From an uncultured delta proteobacterium (GTDB lineage: Bacteria > Desulfobacterota > Desulfuromonadia > Desulfuromonadales > JACZKF01), in NCBI GenBank assembly GCA_963816395.1, contig CAWFKQ010000016.1:288001-352000 (forward strand): 64,000 nucleotides of DNA. The letters run 5' to 3'. A program made the translations under genes and the position numbers. Position 1 is the stretch's first letter. Each line of letters begins with the position of its first letter. Positions 10,794 through 21,596 of the stretch are shown here, piece by piece. Under the pieces are notes generated by a model, which worked only from the letters and a program-made list of their open reading frames with translations, was not told where the DNA came from and did no database searches.

Positions 10794-10891
10794 GAAAAGA
10801 AGGGGGTCGGGCTTTGCAAGTTGATATTTCTCTGACATAGGTCCCCGCATGGCAGGGGAAACCCCTCCGTCCCAATCCGAAAATAGGCTGG

Positions 10892-11584
10892 TTAGAGATC
10901 CCGAGTCGACAAAAAGACCCGGACACCTCCTTTCTCCGCGGTGAAAAAGGAGACCAGGCCATAGAGGTGATCAACCCGCCGTACCGGATTAAAACCCGCC
11001 GCTTCCATCATCCCCGGCAGATCCCCTTTCAGATTGTCCACGAGCTCCCTCTGAACAAGGAGCCAGCGGGCGCCCCACCCCATCAAGTATCCCCATGCCG
11101 TCGTCGGACGGTCCACGTCCGCAGTGATCAGCCGCCCTCCCGGTCGCAGTACCCGGAACATCTCCGCGAAGGCGTCCCGCTTCAGGGCGGTGTCGATGTG
11201 GTGAGTGAACATGGAGTTGACTATGAGGTCGAAGGAGGCGTCGGGGAACTCCAGCGCCTCGGCGACTCCGGTCACGAACCGGGCCGGCAGGCCGGTTTTT
11301 CGGGCCTTGCGCCGGGCGAGCTCGATCATCCTCGGGGCAGCATCGAGCCCGACAGCCTCACCCGGCGGCTGAAGGTGCGCTGCCGCCAGCAGGGTCAGGC
11401 TGCCGGTGCCGCAGCCGATGTCCAGGATCCGGGCATCGGCGGGGACCTCCATGATCTCCAGGGTCCTCTCCCTGAAGCGTCGCTCCCGTCCGAAGGAGAG
11501 CCCCTCCAGGATGGGATCATAGAGCCAGGCCACATGGTTGAGGTCCCGTCCCCGTGTTTTGGGCTGTCCCGATTTCCTTTCCAT
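10892..11584 (-). CDS. Class I SAM-dependent methyltransferase (UbiE-like)
   Basis: ILDIGCGTG, FPDASFD, RVLRPGG; SD GAGG before ATG 11584. Confidence 0.9.
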   Translation of the reverse strand: MERKSGQPKTRGRDLNHVAWLYDPILEGLSFGRERRFRERTLEIMEVPADARILDIGCGTGSLTLLAAAHLQPPGEAVGLDAAPRMIELARRKARKTGLPARFVTGVAEALEFPDASFDLIVNSMFTHHIDTALKRDAFAEMFRVLRPGGRLITADVDRPTTAWGYLMGWGARWLLVQRELVDNLKGDLPGMMEAAGFNPVRRVDHLYGLVSFFTAEKGGVRVFLSTRDL

Positions 11585-11732
11585 CAGACTGCCTCCTCGA
11601 AGGGTGAAAATTCCCCCTCCACGGGGAAAGAACTCTTCCCGGGGAAAAGCATTACGCCCGCTGGCGTCCTCCGACGCCAGGCGGCCTGATTGCACCTCAC
11701 GGCTGGGCCGAAGGCCTCTCGGGAGGGGTTCG

Positions 11733-12320
11733 CTAGACCTTGACCATTTCGATATCGAGGATGATCTTCACCTTGTTGCCCACCACCATTCCGCCGCCCT
11801 CGATCAGGGAATTCCACTTCAGGTTGTAATCCTTGCGGTTGATCTCGGTGGTCGCCGTCGCATGCCGCCGGAGATGACCCGATCGATCCGTTGTCGGAGG
11901 CGAGAGATTTTCCACCTCCAGCGCCACCTCGCGGGTAACCCCGTGCAGCGCCAGGTCGCCGATGACCAGGAAGTGTCTGTCGGCAGACCTGAGCACCTTT
12001 GTCGTCACGAAGGTCATGGTCGGATATCGGGCGACGTCGAAGTAATCCGGGCTGCGCAGGTGCTCATCACGCTTGGCATCGTGCGTGTCGATCGATGCGA
12101 CATCGATGGTGACCGAGGCCCGGGAGCTGGTGAGATCCTTCTCCTGGATTTCGAAGTCAGACGTGTAACGGGCGAAGTCTCCGTTGACGGTGAACATCAG
12201 CTTCCTGACCTGGAAGCCGATCGTGGAGTGGTCGGGATCGATGTGCCATGTCGCGGCCGTGGCGATCCCCGGGAGGAACAGGGTGAGTGCCGTGAGAAGT
12301 GCAATAAAAAGACGTTTCAT
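11733..12320 (-). CDS. YceI family periplasmic protein
   Basis: Signal peptide, WHIDPDHS, SIDT...RDEHLRSPDYFD. Confidence 0.93.
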   Translation of the reverse strand: MKRLFIALLTALTLFLPGIATAATWHIDPDHSTIGFQVRKLMFTVNGDFARYTSDFEIQEKDLTSSRASVTIDVASIDTHDAKRDEHLRSPDYFDVARYPTMTFVTTKVLRSADRHFLVIGDLALHGVTREVALEVENLSPPTTDRSGHLRRHATATTEINRKDYNLKWNSLIEGGGMVVGNKVKIILDIEMVKV

Positions 12321-12462
12321 GAGAGATATCCTTTTTTTGAGGAACGATGATAGACAGCCACCAGCCCACTCCCCCGATAGCTGACGCAGATAGGCCCCTG
12401 ATTTATCACTTTTTCAGTCATTAATCAACGGGAGTTTCTCCCCCGGACAGTTCACCTTTCCT

Positions 12463-15400
12463 TCATGCTGCGAAGTTCCGCTGCAGATGCCCCTTGAGCA
12501 TTTCCATGAAATCCGCCTCCCGGTCCCCCCGGTAAACCAGGGACGAGGCGATCTCGCTGGCCATGATGGCAGCGAGATATTTGGCCGGCAGGGACTTTAT
12601 CCTCCGGCGGTATTTCGGCATCTCCCGAATCATCTGCGGCAGGTGGGCGGAAATGGCCTGCCGCATCAGATATTCATCGCTGAGCCCGATATTTTCCTGG
12701 AAGAAATTGAAGAGCCGCGCATAGTGGGCATTGATCTCGCTGCTGATCTCCGCGGAGATTTCGGTGTAGAGCTTGCTGCCGCCGAACTCCTGGTGCCGCC
12801 GGAAGATCAACCGCGCCTCGTCTTCGGCCCGCTTCTCCAGAATCTGAAGGACGTTCGCCACGTAGCGCTGCTTGTGGGCGAGGAACTCCTTCTCCCGCAT
12901 CAGCAGATTGGCGATGATTTCGTAGGAGGAAGAGATGACTCCGCATTTGTTGGCGGAAGCGTCGCGGATGATGATCACTCCCCGCTTCTGCAATTCGACG
13001 CGGGCCGCCGGGGTGATGAAGGAATTGGCTCCTTCGACCACCGCCCGCATGGAGGGCCGGTCGGTGTCCCGGTCGAAGAACTGCCGCCAGTTGCTCTCGT
13101 CGACTGTTTCGGGCCGTCCGCCGGCGGGGATGAACAGGTCGGCGTCCACGGTAAAGATCAGGCTGTCGAACTCCCGGTGGAACTCATCCAGGGTCACCCA
13201 CTGCTCGACCAGCCCGCCTTCGGTGCGAACCACCTTTTTGAACAGCTCCCTCAGCCCCTCGGTGCGCCGGATGTTGCGATACAGGAGGAACCCTCCCGGA
13301 TGGAGCGCCTCGGGAGCGAAGGCCTCGATGTCCTGCTTCAGCACGATGCGTCCCAGCGCCTCGGAGTCGGCGCCGAGCGGGTCGCAGAGGGCGCCGGTCC
13401 CGTCGAGGATCAGGTTGATCCGCACCGCGGGACAGCGCTCAAGGAGCAGGCGGAGCGCATTTCCGGCCACATCGCCCCCCGGCCCGCCGGTGAGTTTGAC
13501 GGAGAACGCGTCGCGTCGCACGTCGATCCCGAGCCGTTCCATGGTGACTTCGGCGAATTTGACCACCCCGGTCGAGGTGACGCCGAATTCCTTGTGATTG
13601 ATCCCCACCTTCTTGCTGGAAATGACCCCGATGCCGAGAAGATAGCCGCGCCGCACCGACTGGCGGGCGATCAGCTCGACCATGCTGTCGTGCATGTTCT
13701 CGTCGGGCCCGAGCTCGATGGCCTCGTCCTCGCCGTAGTAGTCGACCACCCGGGGGTCTTTGGCCCGGCCGTTTTCCGTCACGAAGATGTCGAAGAAGGC
13801 ATTGATGAAGCCGAACTGCAGCTTGTACAGGCGCCGGGTGACCATCTCCCGGTTCTTCAGATCGAGCGCGTCGAGGAGCACGACCATTTTCGAGCCCCCC
13901 TCGTAGATGTCCTTGTTCTTCAGGTGCTGGGTATGGGCCAGGACGTAGTTTTCGCGGAAGATGGTGTTGGCGTTGCTGACGAAGTCGTCCCACCCGTGGG
14001 CCAGGACCGTACGCCAGCCGCCCCGCGCGATATCGGAGAAACCGATGTGATAGCCCGCCCCGTGCCGGCCGTAAAAGAAGGTCACCCGGAAGGGGCGCTC
14101 CGGCGGCAGGTCGGCCGTGAATTCGGTCCCGAGCTCATCCAGGTAGGCCGGATCGAGGCGAAAGGCCAGGGCCTGCTTCTCCGGAACAAAGAAGTTGGTC
14201 TTGAGGGTCCGGGTGATGAAGAGCAGGGCGCAGCGGAAAACGGTGCGGCGGGTCTGGTCGAGGTAGCGATGGCCCGTGTTGTAATCGGCGATCGCCTGGT
14301 CGAGTTCGGCGAGAATCCGCGGGTAAAGCGCCCCCCGGTCCTGCAGGCCCGGCTTGAACCGGGCATGGAACAGGCGCACCATGTCGTGGGCCATCTCCGG
14401 GTGCGAGAGGAAGGCCCGTTCCACGTCCTCGAAGCCATAGCGGTCGGGCTGGCTGTGGGCCAGGTTGGAGTAGCAGAATGCGGTGACGGCATTGATCAGC
14501 GATGCCGATTCCCCCGTCATCACCCCCCGGATGACGAACTTCCGATAGGTGGGCTTGGCGGTGGCAAGGATCTGGGTGTTGTAGAGCTCCGAGCGCAGGT
14601 TTTCGTAGACGGCCGAGCTCTTGTCGGCCAGCTCGGCATAGGTGGAGCGGACATAGAAGGTGCCGAAGAAGTAGGGATGAATCCCGTTGCTGATATTCAT
14701 GCAGTAGGCTCTGCGGACGCCGATCTTGAGCCGGTTGAAGACTTCCATGGTCTGGGCCAGGAAGTCGAACTCGGGAGGATTCCCCGCGGCGAACATGATC
14801 CGGTACTCCCTCCTGTCCTCCCCGTCCACGGATTCCTCGACATCGAAATAGATCCCGCCATGCAGGTTGCTCAGATGGTACATCCAGAGGAGCTGCGCCA
14901 CCCGTTTGGGGGGGGAGATCCGCACGTAACTTTCGTTGTTGAGCCAGATCAGCCGCAGCAGGACATCGAACTGCCCGGGGTCGAAATCGGGGTAATGGTC
15001 GTTGACCGCCGCCTTGATGGCCTTCCGGATGCCCTGCGGGATAACCACTTTCCCCGCGGCGGCCGCGGCGATCTCTTCATGGCTTTTCGAATCGAAATCG
15101 AAGCGCTGAACCTCGAGCTCCTCCTCAAATCCCGGGATCGGTCCGTAGGACTGGGTGAACTGGGCATAGGAGATTTTACGTTCCCGCAGGGAGCGCAGCG
15201 TCTCGTAGAGCGAGCCGAACCGGTTGAACTTGGCGACGATGAGGCGGTTGTCCCGGTCGGCGAGCACCAGCTGCCTCTCCTGCCGCAGCTGCTGGAGACG
15301 GATGGCCAGGGCGGCGACGGCGGCCGGTTCATCCTGCATGGTGATGGCAAAATAGACGTGCATCCGGTCCAGCAGCCAGCGCAGGTTTTCCGCTGCGCTG

Positions 15401-15465
15401 CCGCAAGTTGCTTCAACTTCTCGCAATGCATCACGGGACAGACTGGTCTGAGCTGTACTATTCAT
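12463..15465 (-). CDS. Large NAD-specific glutamate dehydrogenase family protein
   Basis: DIARGGWR, KNKDIYEGGSK, GPDEN, GGPGGDVAGN, EGANSF, DASANKCGVISSS. Confidence 0.9.
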   Translation of the reverse strand: MNSTAQTSLSRDALREVEATCGSAAENLRWLLDRMHVYFAITMQDEPAAVAALAIRLQQLRQERQLVLADRDNRLIVAKFNRFGSLYETLRSLRERKISYAQFTQSYGPIPGFEEELEVQRFDFDSKSHEEIAAAAAGKVVIPQGIRKAIKAAVNDHYPDFDPGQFDVLLRLIWLNNESYVRISPPKRVAQLLWMYHLSNLHGGIYFDVEESVDGEDRREYRIMFAAGNPPEFDFLAQTMEVFNRLKIGVRRAYCMNISNGIHPYFFGTFYVRSTYAELADKSSAVYENLRSELYNTQILATAKPTYRKFVIRGVMTGESASLINAVTAFCYSNLAHSQPDRYGFEDVERAFLSHPEMAHDMVRLFHARFKPGLQDRGALYPRILAELDQAIADYNTGHRYLDQTRRTVFRCALLFITRTLKTNFFVPEKQALAFRLDPAYLDELGTEFTADLPPERPFRVTFFYGRHGAGYHIGFSDIARGGWRTVLAHGWDDFVSNANTIFRENYVLAHTQHLKNKDIYEGGSKMVVLLDALDLKNREMVTRRLYKLQFGFINAFFDIFVTENGRAKDPRVVDYYGEDEAIELGPDENMHDSMVELIARQSVRRGYLLGIGVISSKKVGINHKEFGVTSTGVVKFAEVTMERLGIDVRRDAFSVKLTGGPGGDVAGNALRLLLERCPAVRINLILDGTGALCDPLGADSEALGRIVLKQDIEAFAPEALHPGGFLLYRNIRRTEGLRELFKKVVRTEGGLVEQWVTLDEFHREFDSLIFTVDADLFIPAGGRPETVDESNWRQFFDRDTDRPSMRAVVEGANSFITPAARVELQKRGVIIIRDASANKCGVISSSYEIIANLLMREKEFLAHKQRYVANVLQILEKRAEDEARLIFRRHQEFGGSKLYTEISAEISSEINAHYARLFNFFQENIGLSDEYLMRQAISAHLPQMIREMPKYRRRIKSLPAKYLAAIMASEIASSLVYRGDREADFMEMLKGHLQRNFAA

Positions 15466-15759
15466 TTGTGCCTCTTCCGCAGAGCTTCGGCTTTTGGCGT
15501 GGATAGGCACGGACCGCCTGAAGGATTACAACGGTGGGCCCACCAATTGCCACGACCTTAGCTGTATTGTGGAAAAGGAGATTTGATCTATGTCAAACAA
15601 TCGGTGACAAACAACGAGTGCTGCAATCTGGTTCCGGGCGTCGCCTCCCGAAAATCAGAGTTGGCGTCTTTTTTCTTCATCATTTCCAATGGTTATGAAA
15701 TTATTCCGGCCTGCGGAAGTCGAGTAAAATAATAAACGGCACGGGTCAATTCGAGGAAT

Positions 15760-16524
15760 TTATGCCAGGAACAGATCGTAGCCGCACTTGAGCATCAGAA
15801 GGAGCAGAACGAACCTGAAGACGGGCACGACGACTCTGTCGGCATCCCTGATAACCAGGCCGCTGCCAAGCCAATTACCACAAACGGAGGCGATGATGGC
15901 AACCAGGGCGACGGGCCAGAAAATGCGCCCATGGAGCAGAAAGTAGATAAACGCGGAGACATTCGAAGCATAGTTGACAATCCGGGCATTGGCGCTGGCC
16001 TCACGGGTTCCCATGTGCAGGAAGATCAGAAATACGACCAGGAGGAAGGTTCCTGTCCCCGGGCCGAAAATCCCGTCATACCCGCCGATGAAAAAACCGG
16101 CTGCAAGGGCTCGAGAGACAGTCTGTTGACGGGTCAGCTCAGAATGTTCCAGCTGCGGCTTCATGTGTTTTGCCTGCAGATAAAGCAGGACCGGAATCAC
16201 GATCAGCAACAAGGTGAAGATCAGTCTGCGTGACAGGTAGGAGGAAAGAGAAGCGCCGATTGCCGAGCCCAGCAGTGCAGCAACGATCGCATAAACAACA
16301 GTTTGCCAAATGATTGTGCGATTTTTAACGTAGCGGAAAACGGCGAAGGTCGTGCCGGTGGAGCTGACGCACTTGTTGGTGCCCAATATCAATGAAGGAG
16401 GCATGCCCAGGGCTAAATAGGTAGGAACGGAGATCAACCCGCCCCCTCCGGCAATGGAATCGATAAATCCGGAAAAACCGATGAGGAAAAAGACGGTGAC
16501 ATACTGCCATATCTCAATTTTCAT
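15760..16524 (-). CDS. TauE/SafE (TSUP) family transporter
   Basis: [13 protein letters not shown] and [11 protein letters not shown] repeats. Confidence 0.9.
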   Translation of the reverse strand: MKIEIWQYVTVFFLIGFSGFIDSIAGGGGLISVPTYLALGMPPSLILGTNKCVSSTGTTFAVFRYVKNRTIIWQTVVYAIVAALLGSAIGASLSSYLSRRLIFTLLLIVIPVLLYLQAKHMKPQLEHSELTRQQTVSRALAAGFFIGGYDGIFGPGTGTFLLVVFLIFLHMGTREASANARIVNYASNVSAFIYFLLHGRIFWPVALVAIIASVCGNWLGSGLVIRDADRVVVPVFRFVLLLLMLKCGYDLFLA

Positions 16525-16563
16525 GTGAGCCGACCTGTAAGTGGGGGAGACGGGGGGACCAGT

Positions 16564-18538
16564 TCACCGGGGTGATTCGCAGATATTTATCAGGTCGGCA
16601 AAGACTTTTCGTTGCGCCGCATTGCCGATGGCTGCAACCAGGTCGCCTGCGGTAAATCTGAAAATCGGCTTCCGGATTCGGTATGAACTTGCCCTGGCGG
16701 ATGACCCCCACGACCGAGACGCCGGTGCGGCTGCGAATTTCCAGTTCGCGCAGGGTGTGTTCTGTCAGGGGATTGTCAGCCGAAAGCCGCTCCCAGGACA
16801 ACTCCAGCAGGTCCTTGGCATTTTTCAGCTGCCTGATTTCCTGGTGCTCTTCCCGCGCTTCGGAGATCGGGTGATACAGCTCTCGGCGAATGGCATCGGT
16901 ATATTCCTGAATAACCGGAATTGGCATCTTCAGATGGAGAAGCGCCTGCCGGGCGATTTCCAGGCCGGCTTCCAACTCCGGGAGAATAACCATATAGACC
17001 CCCTGGGAATAAAGGGTCCTCATCTGCTCTTCCCCTTCAGCCCGGGCCACAATATTCAGCCCGGGATGGAAGTGACGCGCATGGCGGACGATGGTTTGCG
17101 TCTGGATAATTGCCGGAACGGTGATCAACAGCTGCTGGGCAAATTCAATTTTGGCCGCTTCCAGGACGATGCTCTGGCTGGCGTCGCCATAGATGGCCGG
17201 AAATCCGGAAGTCTTGCATTCTTCAAAGCGTTTGTGATTCGTCTCCACGATGACAAGAGGAACATCGAGCTGCTTTAATACCCTGGCGACATGCTGCCCG
17301 ACCCGTCCCCCCCCGGCAATGACCACATGTTCCCGCAGCCCCCCGCGAGGCAGATTGATCGTTTCAAGGATTTCATTTTTGAGAAGGCGCCGCCTCCAGG
17401 CGTAGAGCGGCGCCGTCAGGCCGGAGAACAAGGGAGTCAGGAACATGCTGATGATGGTCGCGGACAGCACGAAGGAGTAATTCTCCTGACTCAGGGCGCC
17501 GCTGCCAAACCCCACCTGGGCCAGCAGGAAAGAGAATTCGCCGATTTGAAACATTCCCAGGCCGACGGCCAGCGGGACCACGTTGCCATAACCGAAGCCC
17601 AGAGCCACAAGGGCCATGATCAGGCCTTTACCGACAGCTACCAGAAGGACCAGGGCCAGCACGCCGCTCCAGTGGGCCAGGAGGAAGCCGGGATCGAGCA
17701 GCATGCCGACTGAGGTGAAGAACAACAGTCCGAACAAGTCGCGCAAAGGGATAATATCGCTGAGCGCCTGGTGGCCGTAATCTGATTCACTGAGCACAAT
17801 CCCCGCAACAAAGGCCCCGAAGGCAAAGGAAAGGCCGGCCAGATAGGTGGCATAACCGATGCCGAGGCCAATGGCGGTTACGGAAAGCAGAAAAAGCTCC
17901 CGGGTATTCCACCTGGCGATAACGGCCAGCAGGCGCGGCAGCAGTTTGGTCCCGAGCAACAGCATCAGCGCTAAAAAGACCACGGATTTGAGGACAGCCA
18001 ACCCCAGGGCCGGCAGGCCGGCTTTCGGATCGCTCAACTGGGGGAGTAAGATCATCAGGGGAACGACAGCCAGGTCCTGGACGATGAGAATCCCAATCAT
18101 GACCCGGCTGGAAAGGGTTCCCATCACCCCCTGGTTCATCAGGGTTTTGAGGATCACCATGGTGCTGGAAAGGGAGATCAGCCCTCCCAGCCAGAGAGAG
18201 GGTACCCTGTCCCAGCCCAGCCAACGGCCGACGAAAAATCCATAGATGATGGTGGACAGGATCTGAAGGGGAGTTCCCAGCAGGGCGATGGAGCGCACCG
18301 GCTTCAACTCTTTCAGGGAAAATTCCAACCCCAGGGCAAACAGCAGCAGGGCAACGCCAATTTCCGCCAGTTTTTCGATCTCATGGATACCACCGACCGT
18401 AACCCCGCCGGTAAACGGGCCGATCAGCACACCGGCGAGGATATAGCCCAACATCAATGGCTGCTTTAATTTCTGGGCAACGAGGGCGCCGAGGAGGGCA
18501 GCAACGATAATAATGACGATATCGGCGGCTATTCCCAT
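16564..18538 (-). CDS. CPA2/Kef-type cation:proton antiporter with TrkA-N and TrkA-C domains (frameshift near 16662)
   Basis: [31 protein letters not shown]; corrected tail [13 protein letters not shown] ends at TGA 16564-16566. Confidence 0.88.
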
Positions 18539-18891
18539 GGTTTATACAGAGCCCTTTACTGGTGGATACTTTTCTGGGTGTTTTTCAGGATCTAACCATA
18601 TATGGGTGAGCCGCACCAAGCATAAAAATTCTTTTAGATTTCTTTTGCCGGATGCCTGATGACCTCCCACCGCGAGACAGCTTTCGGCGCCGATGCTGCG
18701 CCGCGCCATCAAGTGGGCGGAGTGGATGGTCAAATAAAATGGCGCGAAGACTAATTTTTGTGCCGGGGCACGGGGAAATTTTCGATTCTTGAGGGGCGGT
18801 TCTCGAGGCGGTAACGGCTTCCGGGCTCAGGGAATCGGAGGAGAGGGCATGGACCTTCTGGCTGCCGGCGACCGCCGGCTCACGAGGGGCT

Positions 18892-19956
18892 TCAGGTGCC
18901 GCCCGGTTCTTCGCTGCCGCAGCCGCAGCCGGTGGGGCGGGGGAGAAAGGCCCGGACGAGGAGCAGCGCCAGGAGGATGGCGGCGCCGATCATGACCGGC
19001 CGATCGGCCGCGACGCCTGGACCGCTCATCCAGCGGGTGATGTCTGCGCCGCTCCAGGCATACAGGCGGTTGGTCAGCCACCCCAGCGCCAGGGAGCAGA
19101 CGGCGATGGAGAAAAGGTAGACGGCGGTGGCGGCCTTCCCCCAGAAACGGGCGACGACGGCGACCGTGGCCGTGTTGGTCGCTGGCCCCGCCAGCAGGAA
19201 GACCAGGGCGGCGCCGGGGGAGAGTCCCTTGAGGACCAGGGCGGCAGCGATCGGGGTGGAGGCGCTGGCGCAGATGTACAGGGGAATGCCGGCCAGCAGC
19301 ATGAGAAGCAGGGAGAGGCCCTCGTGCCCCAGGTAGCGGGTGAAAAAGTCGGCGGGAAGGAAGTAGGCGATCGCCCCGGCAACGGCGATGCCGAGCAGCA
19401 GCCAGCGGCCGATGTCGCTGAGCATTTCGCCGAAGGCGTAGCCCAGGCCGTCGCGCAGGCGGCGGGGCAGGGGAGGTTGCTCCGGGGCCGGCCCGGCGCA
19501 GCCGCAGGCCTCCGCCGGGGCGTCCGGAGAGGCCGACTTTTCCGGCAGGCGGTTGATCAGCAGCCCGGTGACGGTCGCGGTGATGAAGGCGGCCAGCGGC
19601 CGCACTACGGTCATGAGCGGGTCGAGCAGCGCCCAGGTGATGGCGATCGAGTCGATCCCGGTCTCCGGCACCGAGACCAGGAAGGCGGCCGAAGCGCCCT
19701 TGCTGGCTCCCTGCCGGCGCAGGCCGATGGCGGCGGGGATGACCCCGCAGGAGCAGAGCGGCAGGGGGATGCCGAACAGCGAGGCCTTCAGCACCGAGGC
19801 GGTGCTGTTCCGCCCCAGGTGGCGGGCCACGGCCGCCTCGGGAACCAGGGCCTTGAGCACCCCGGCGGCGAAGAAGCCGAACAGGATGTAGGGAGCCGAT
19901 TCAAGGAAAATCTGCCAGCACTCCAGGAGAATGCCGGAGAAAATGGTCAACAACAT
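18892..19956 (-). CDS. DUF318-type metal permease (SO_0444-like)
   Basis: PLPLCSCGVIP, YICASASTP, GPATN; CGC motifs. Confidence 0.88.
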   Translation of the reverse strand: MLLTIFSGILLECWQIFLESAPYILFGFFAAGVLKALVPEAAVARHLGRNSTASVLKASLFGIPLPLCSCGVIPAAIGLRRQGASKGASAAFLVSVPETGIDSIAITWALLDPLMTVVRPLAAFITATVTGLLINRLPEKSASPDAPAEACGCAGPAPEQPPLPRRLRDGLGYAFGEMLSDIGRWLLLGIAVAGAIAYFLPADFFTRYLGHEGLSLLLMLLAGIPLYICASASTPIAAALVLKGLSPGAALVFLLAGPATNTATVAVVARFWGKAATAVYLFSIAVCSLALGWLTNRLYAWSGADITRWMSGPGVAADRPVMIGAAILLALLLVRAFLPRPTGCGCGSEEPGGT

Positions 19957-20316
19957 TTACTTCTCCCTTGCCGCGACATAGCGCCCCCCCTCCGCCAGGA
20001 GGCTCCGCAGGTGGCCGGCGGCGAGGCTGTAGAAGGCCATCTTGCCGTCCCGGCGGCAGCGCACCAGGCCGGCCGTGCGCAGCAGCCGCAGTTGGTGGGA
20101 GACCGCCGAGGGGGTCGACTCGAGCAGCGCCGCCAGATCGCAGACGCACATTTCCGTCGTCGCCAGCGCCTGCAGCAGGCGCAGCCGGCTGCCGTCCCCC
20201 AGCAGCTTGAACAAATCGGCCATCTTTGCCAGGGCATCCGCCGCCGGCATCGCCGTCCGGGCAGCGGCGATCAGATCCTGATGAAAAACAGTCGCCTGGC
20301 AGATGTCCTGGTCCAT
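19957..20316 (-). CDS. ArsR/SmtB family metal-sensing repressor
   Basis: LFKLLGDGSRLRLL, EMCVCDLA, SAVSHQLRLLR. Confidence 0.93.
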   Translation of the reverse strand: MDQDICQATVFHQDLIAAARTAMPAADALAKMADLFKLLGDGSRLRLLQALATTEMCVCDLAALLESTPSAVSHQLRLLRTAGLVRCRRDGKMAFYSLAAGHLRSLLAEGGRYVAAREK

Positions 20317-20329
20317 AATGTCTCATGCC

Positions 20330-20353
20330 TCATATGAGCAGATGTTCAAATGA
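20330..20353. promoter_or_regulatory. SmtB/CadC-type operator
   Basis: TCATATGAGCA-GA-TGTTCAAATGA imperfect inverted repeat just upstream of the repressor. Confidence 0.75.
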
Positions 20354-20514
20354 TAATACCCCATGCCCTCCGGCGGGGCAAGCTTGCTTTTTCGGCCCGG
20401 GACCTATCCCGCCTCGCCAAAATCGGAACGGCACCCGATGCACCTTTCCCTTTGAATCTCGCCGCCGGTATTGCTAAGGTAGGCCCGGAACGCCATGCCG
20501 GAGGAAAACCGCTG

Positions 20515-20988
20515 ATGAGCCAAACGGAAAAAATCGTCGAAATCTTCTCCGACGGCGCCTGTTCGGGGAATCCGGGCCCCGGCGGGTGGGGGACGATCCT
20601 GCGCTGGGAGGAAAAGGTGCGGGAACTCTCCGGCTTCGAGCCGCAGACGACCAACAACCGCATGGAGCTGATGGCGGCGATCGCCGGCCTGGAAGCTCTC
20701 AAGCGCCCCTGCCGGGTAAAGCTGACCACCGACTCGGAGTACCTGAAGAAGGGCATCACCGAGTGGATCGAGGGCTGGGTGCGCCGGGGTTGGAAGAACT
20801 CCCAGAAGAAGGACGTCGCCAACCGCGACCTGTGGGAGCGGCTGCTGGAGCTGACCCGCCGCCATCAGGTGAGATGGCATTGGGTGCGCGGCCACGCCGG
20901 GCATGCCGAGAACGAGCGCTGTGACGAACTGGCCCGGGCCGCCATTAAGAGCGGACGAGGCAAGGTGCAGGGCGGACAGCCCACATAG
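20515..20988 (+). CDS. rnhA: Ribonuclease HI
   Basis: [37 protein letters not shown]. Confidence 0.97.
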   Translation: MSQTEKIVEIFSDGACSGNPGPGGWGTILRWEEKVRELSGFEPQTTNNRMELMAAIAGLEALKRPCRVKLTTDSEYLKKGITEWIEGWVRRGWKNSQKKDVANRDLWERLLELTRRHQVRWHWVRGHAGHAENERCDELARAAIKSGRGKVQGGQPT

Positions 20989-21140
20989 AGTTATAAGGAA
21001 GCTAATTTAATCCTTCATGGACAGGCGCCGAATCTGTGGTAATCTAATGTTCGTATGCCAACCCTTCGAATGATTCCGCGGGGTTGTTTTATTATCCGGC
21101 CGCTGTTGGTCGGTGCGTTCCACAGGCTGACGAGCTGCCC

Positions 21141-21596
21141 ATGCCTTTCTCCGGACCTCCAGCACCACTGCCATCCGTCCCGCCCGGCGGGGAAGCCGCC
21201 CCGTCGGCCGCTTCCCTGCTCTCCCTCGGCCTTTATGCCGGCATCGCCGTGGTCCTCATCCTCCTGCTCCTTTTCCTCGCCTGGTGGCTGGGCAACAAAA
21301 CCAGCAGCCAGGTCAAGGGAGAGCCTTACGAGTCCGGGGTGCTCCCCACCGGTCAGGCCCGCCTGTCCGAGCCGGTTCCCTTCTACCTGGTGGCCATCTT
21401 CTTCATCGTCTTCGACGTGGAGATGATCTTCGTCGTCTCCTGGGCCGTGGCCTACGACCTGCTCGGCTGGAACGGCTTTCTCAACGTCGCCTTCTTCATC
21501 CTCATCCTGTTCGTCGGGCTGGTCCACCTGTGGAAGACCGGCGGCCTCGACTGGGGTCCCGGGGCCGGCCGCCGCCGGCGGGAGAGGAGCGGATGA
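21141..21596 (+). CDS. nuoA: NADH-quinone oxidoreductase subunit A (start uncertain)
   Basis: [24 protein letters not shown]. Confidence 0.92.
   Translation: MPFSGPPAPLPSVPPGGEAAPSAASLLSLGLYAGIAVVLILLLLFLAWWLGNKTSSQVKGEPYESGVLPTGQARLSEPVPFYLVAIFFIVFDVEMIFVVSWAVAYDLLGWNGFLNVAFFILILFVGLVHLWKTGGLDWGPGAGRRRRERSG

Noticed and set aside
15538..15552. Possible sigma54 promoter upstream of gdh (minus strand TGGCAA-N-GGGC)
   Set aside because: GG-N10-GC spacing fits but the -12 TTGC is missing; too weak.
12487..15561. 1024-aa ORF antisense to glutamate dehydrogenase, and similar long antisense ORFs (44038-46545, 1211-2425, 59995-61665)
   Set aside because: Shadow frames expected from strong GC3 bias on the coding strand; no motifs or start signals.
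18650..18672. CTGATGACCTCCCAC resembling the 3' end of a fluoride riboswitch
   Set aside because: Wrong strand for the antiporter gene and the conserved 5' half is absent.
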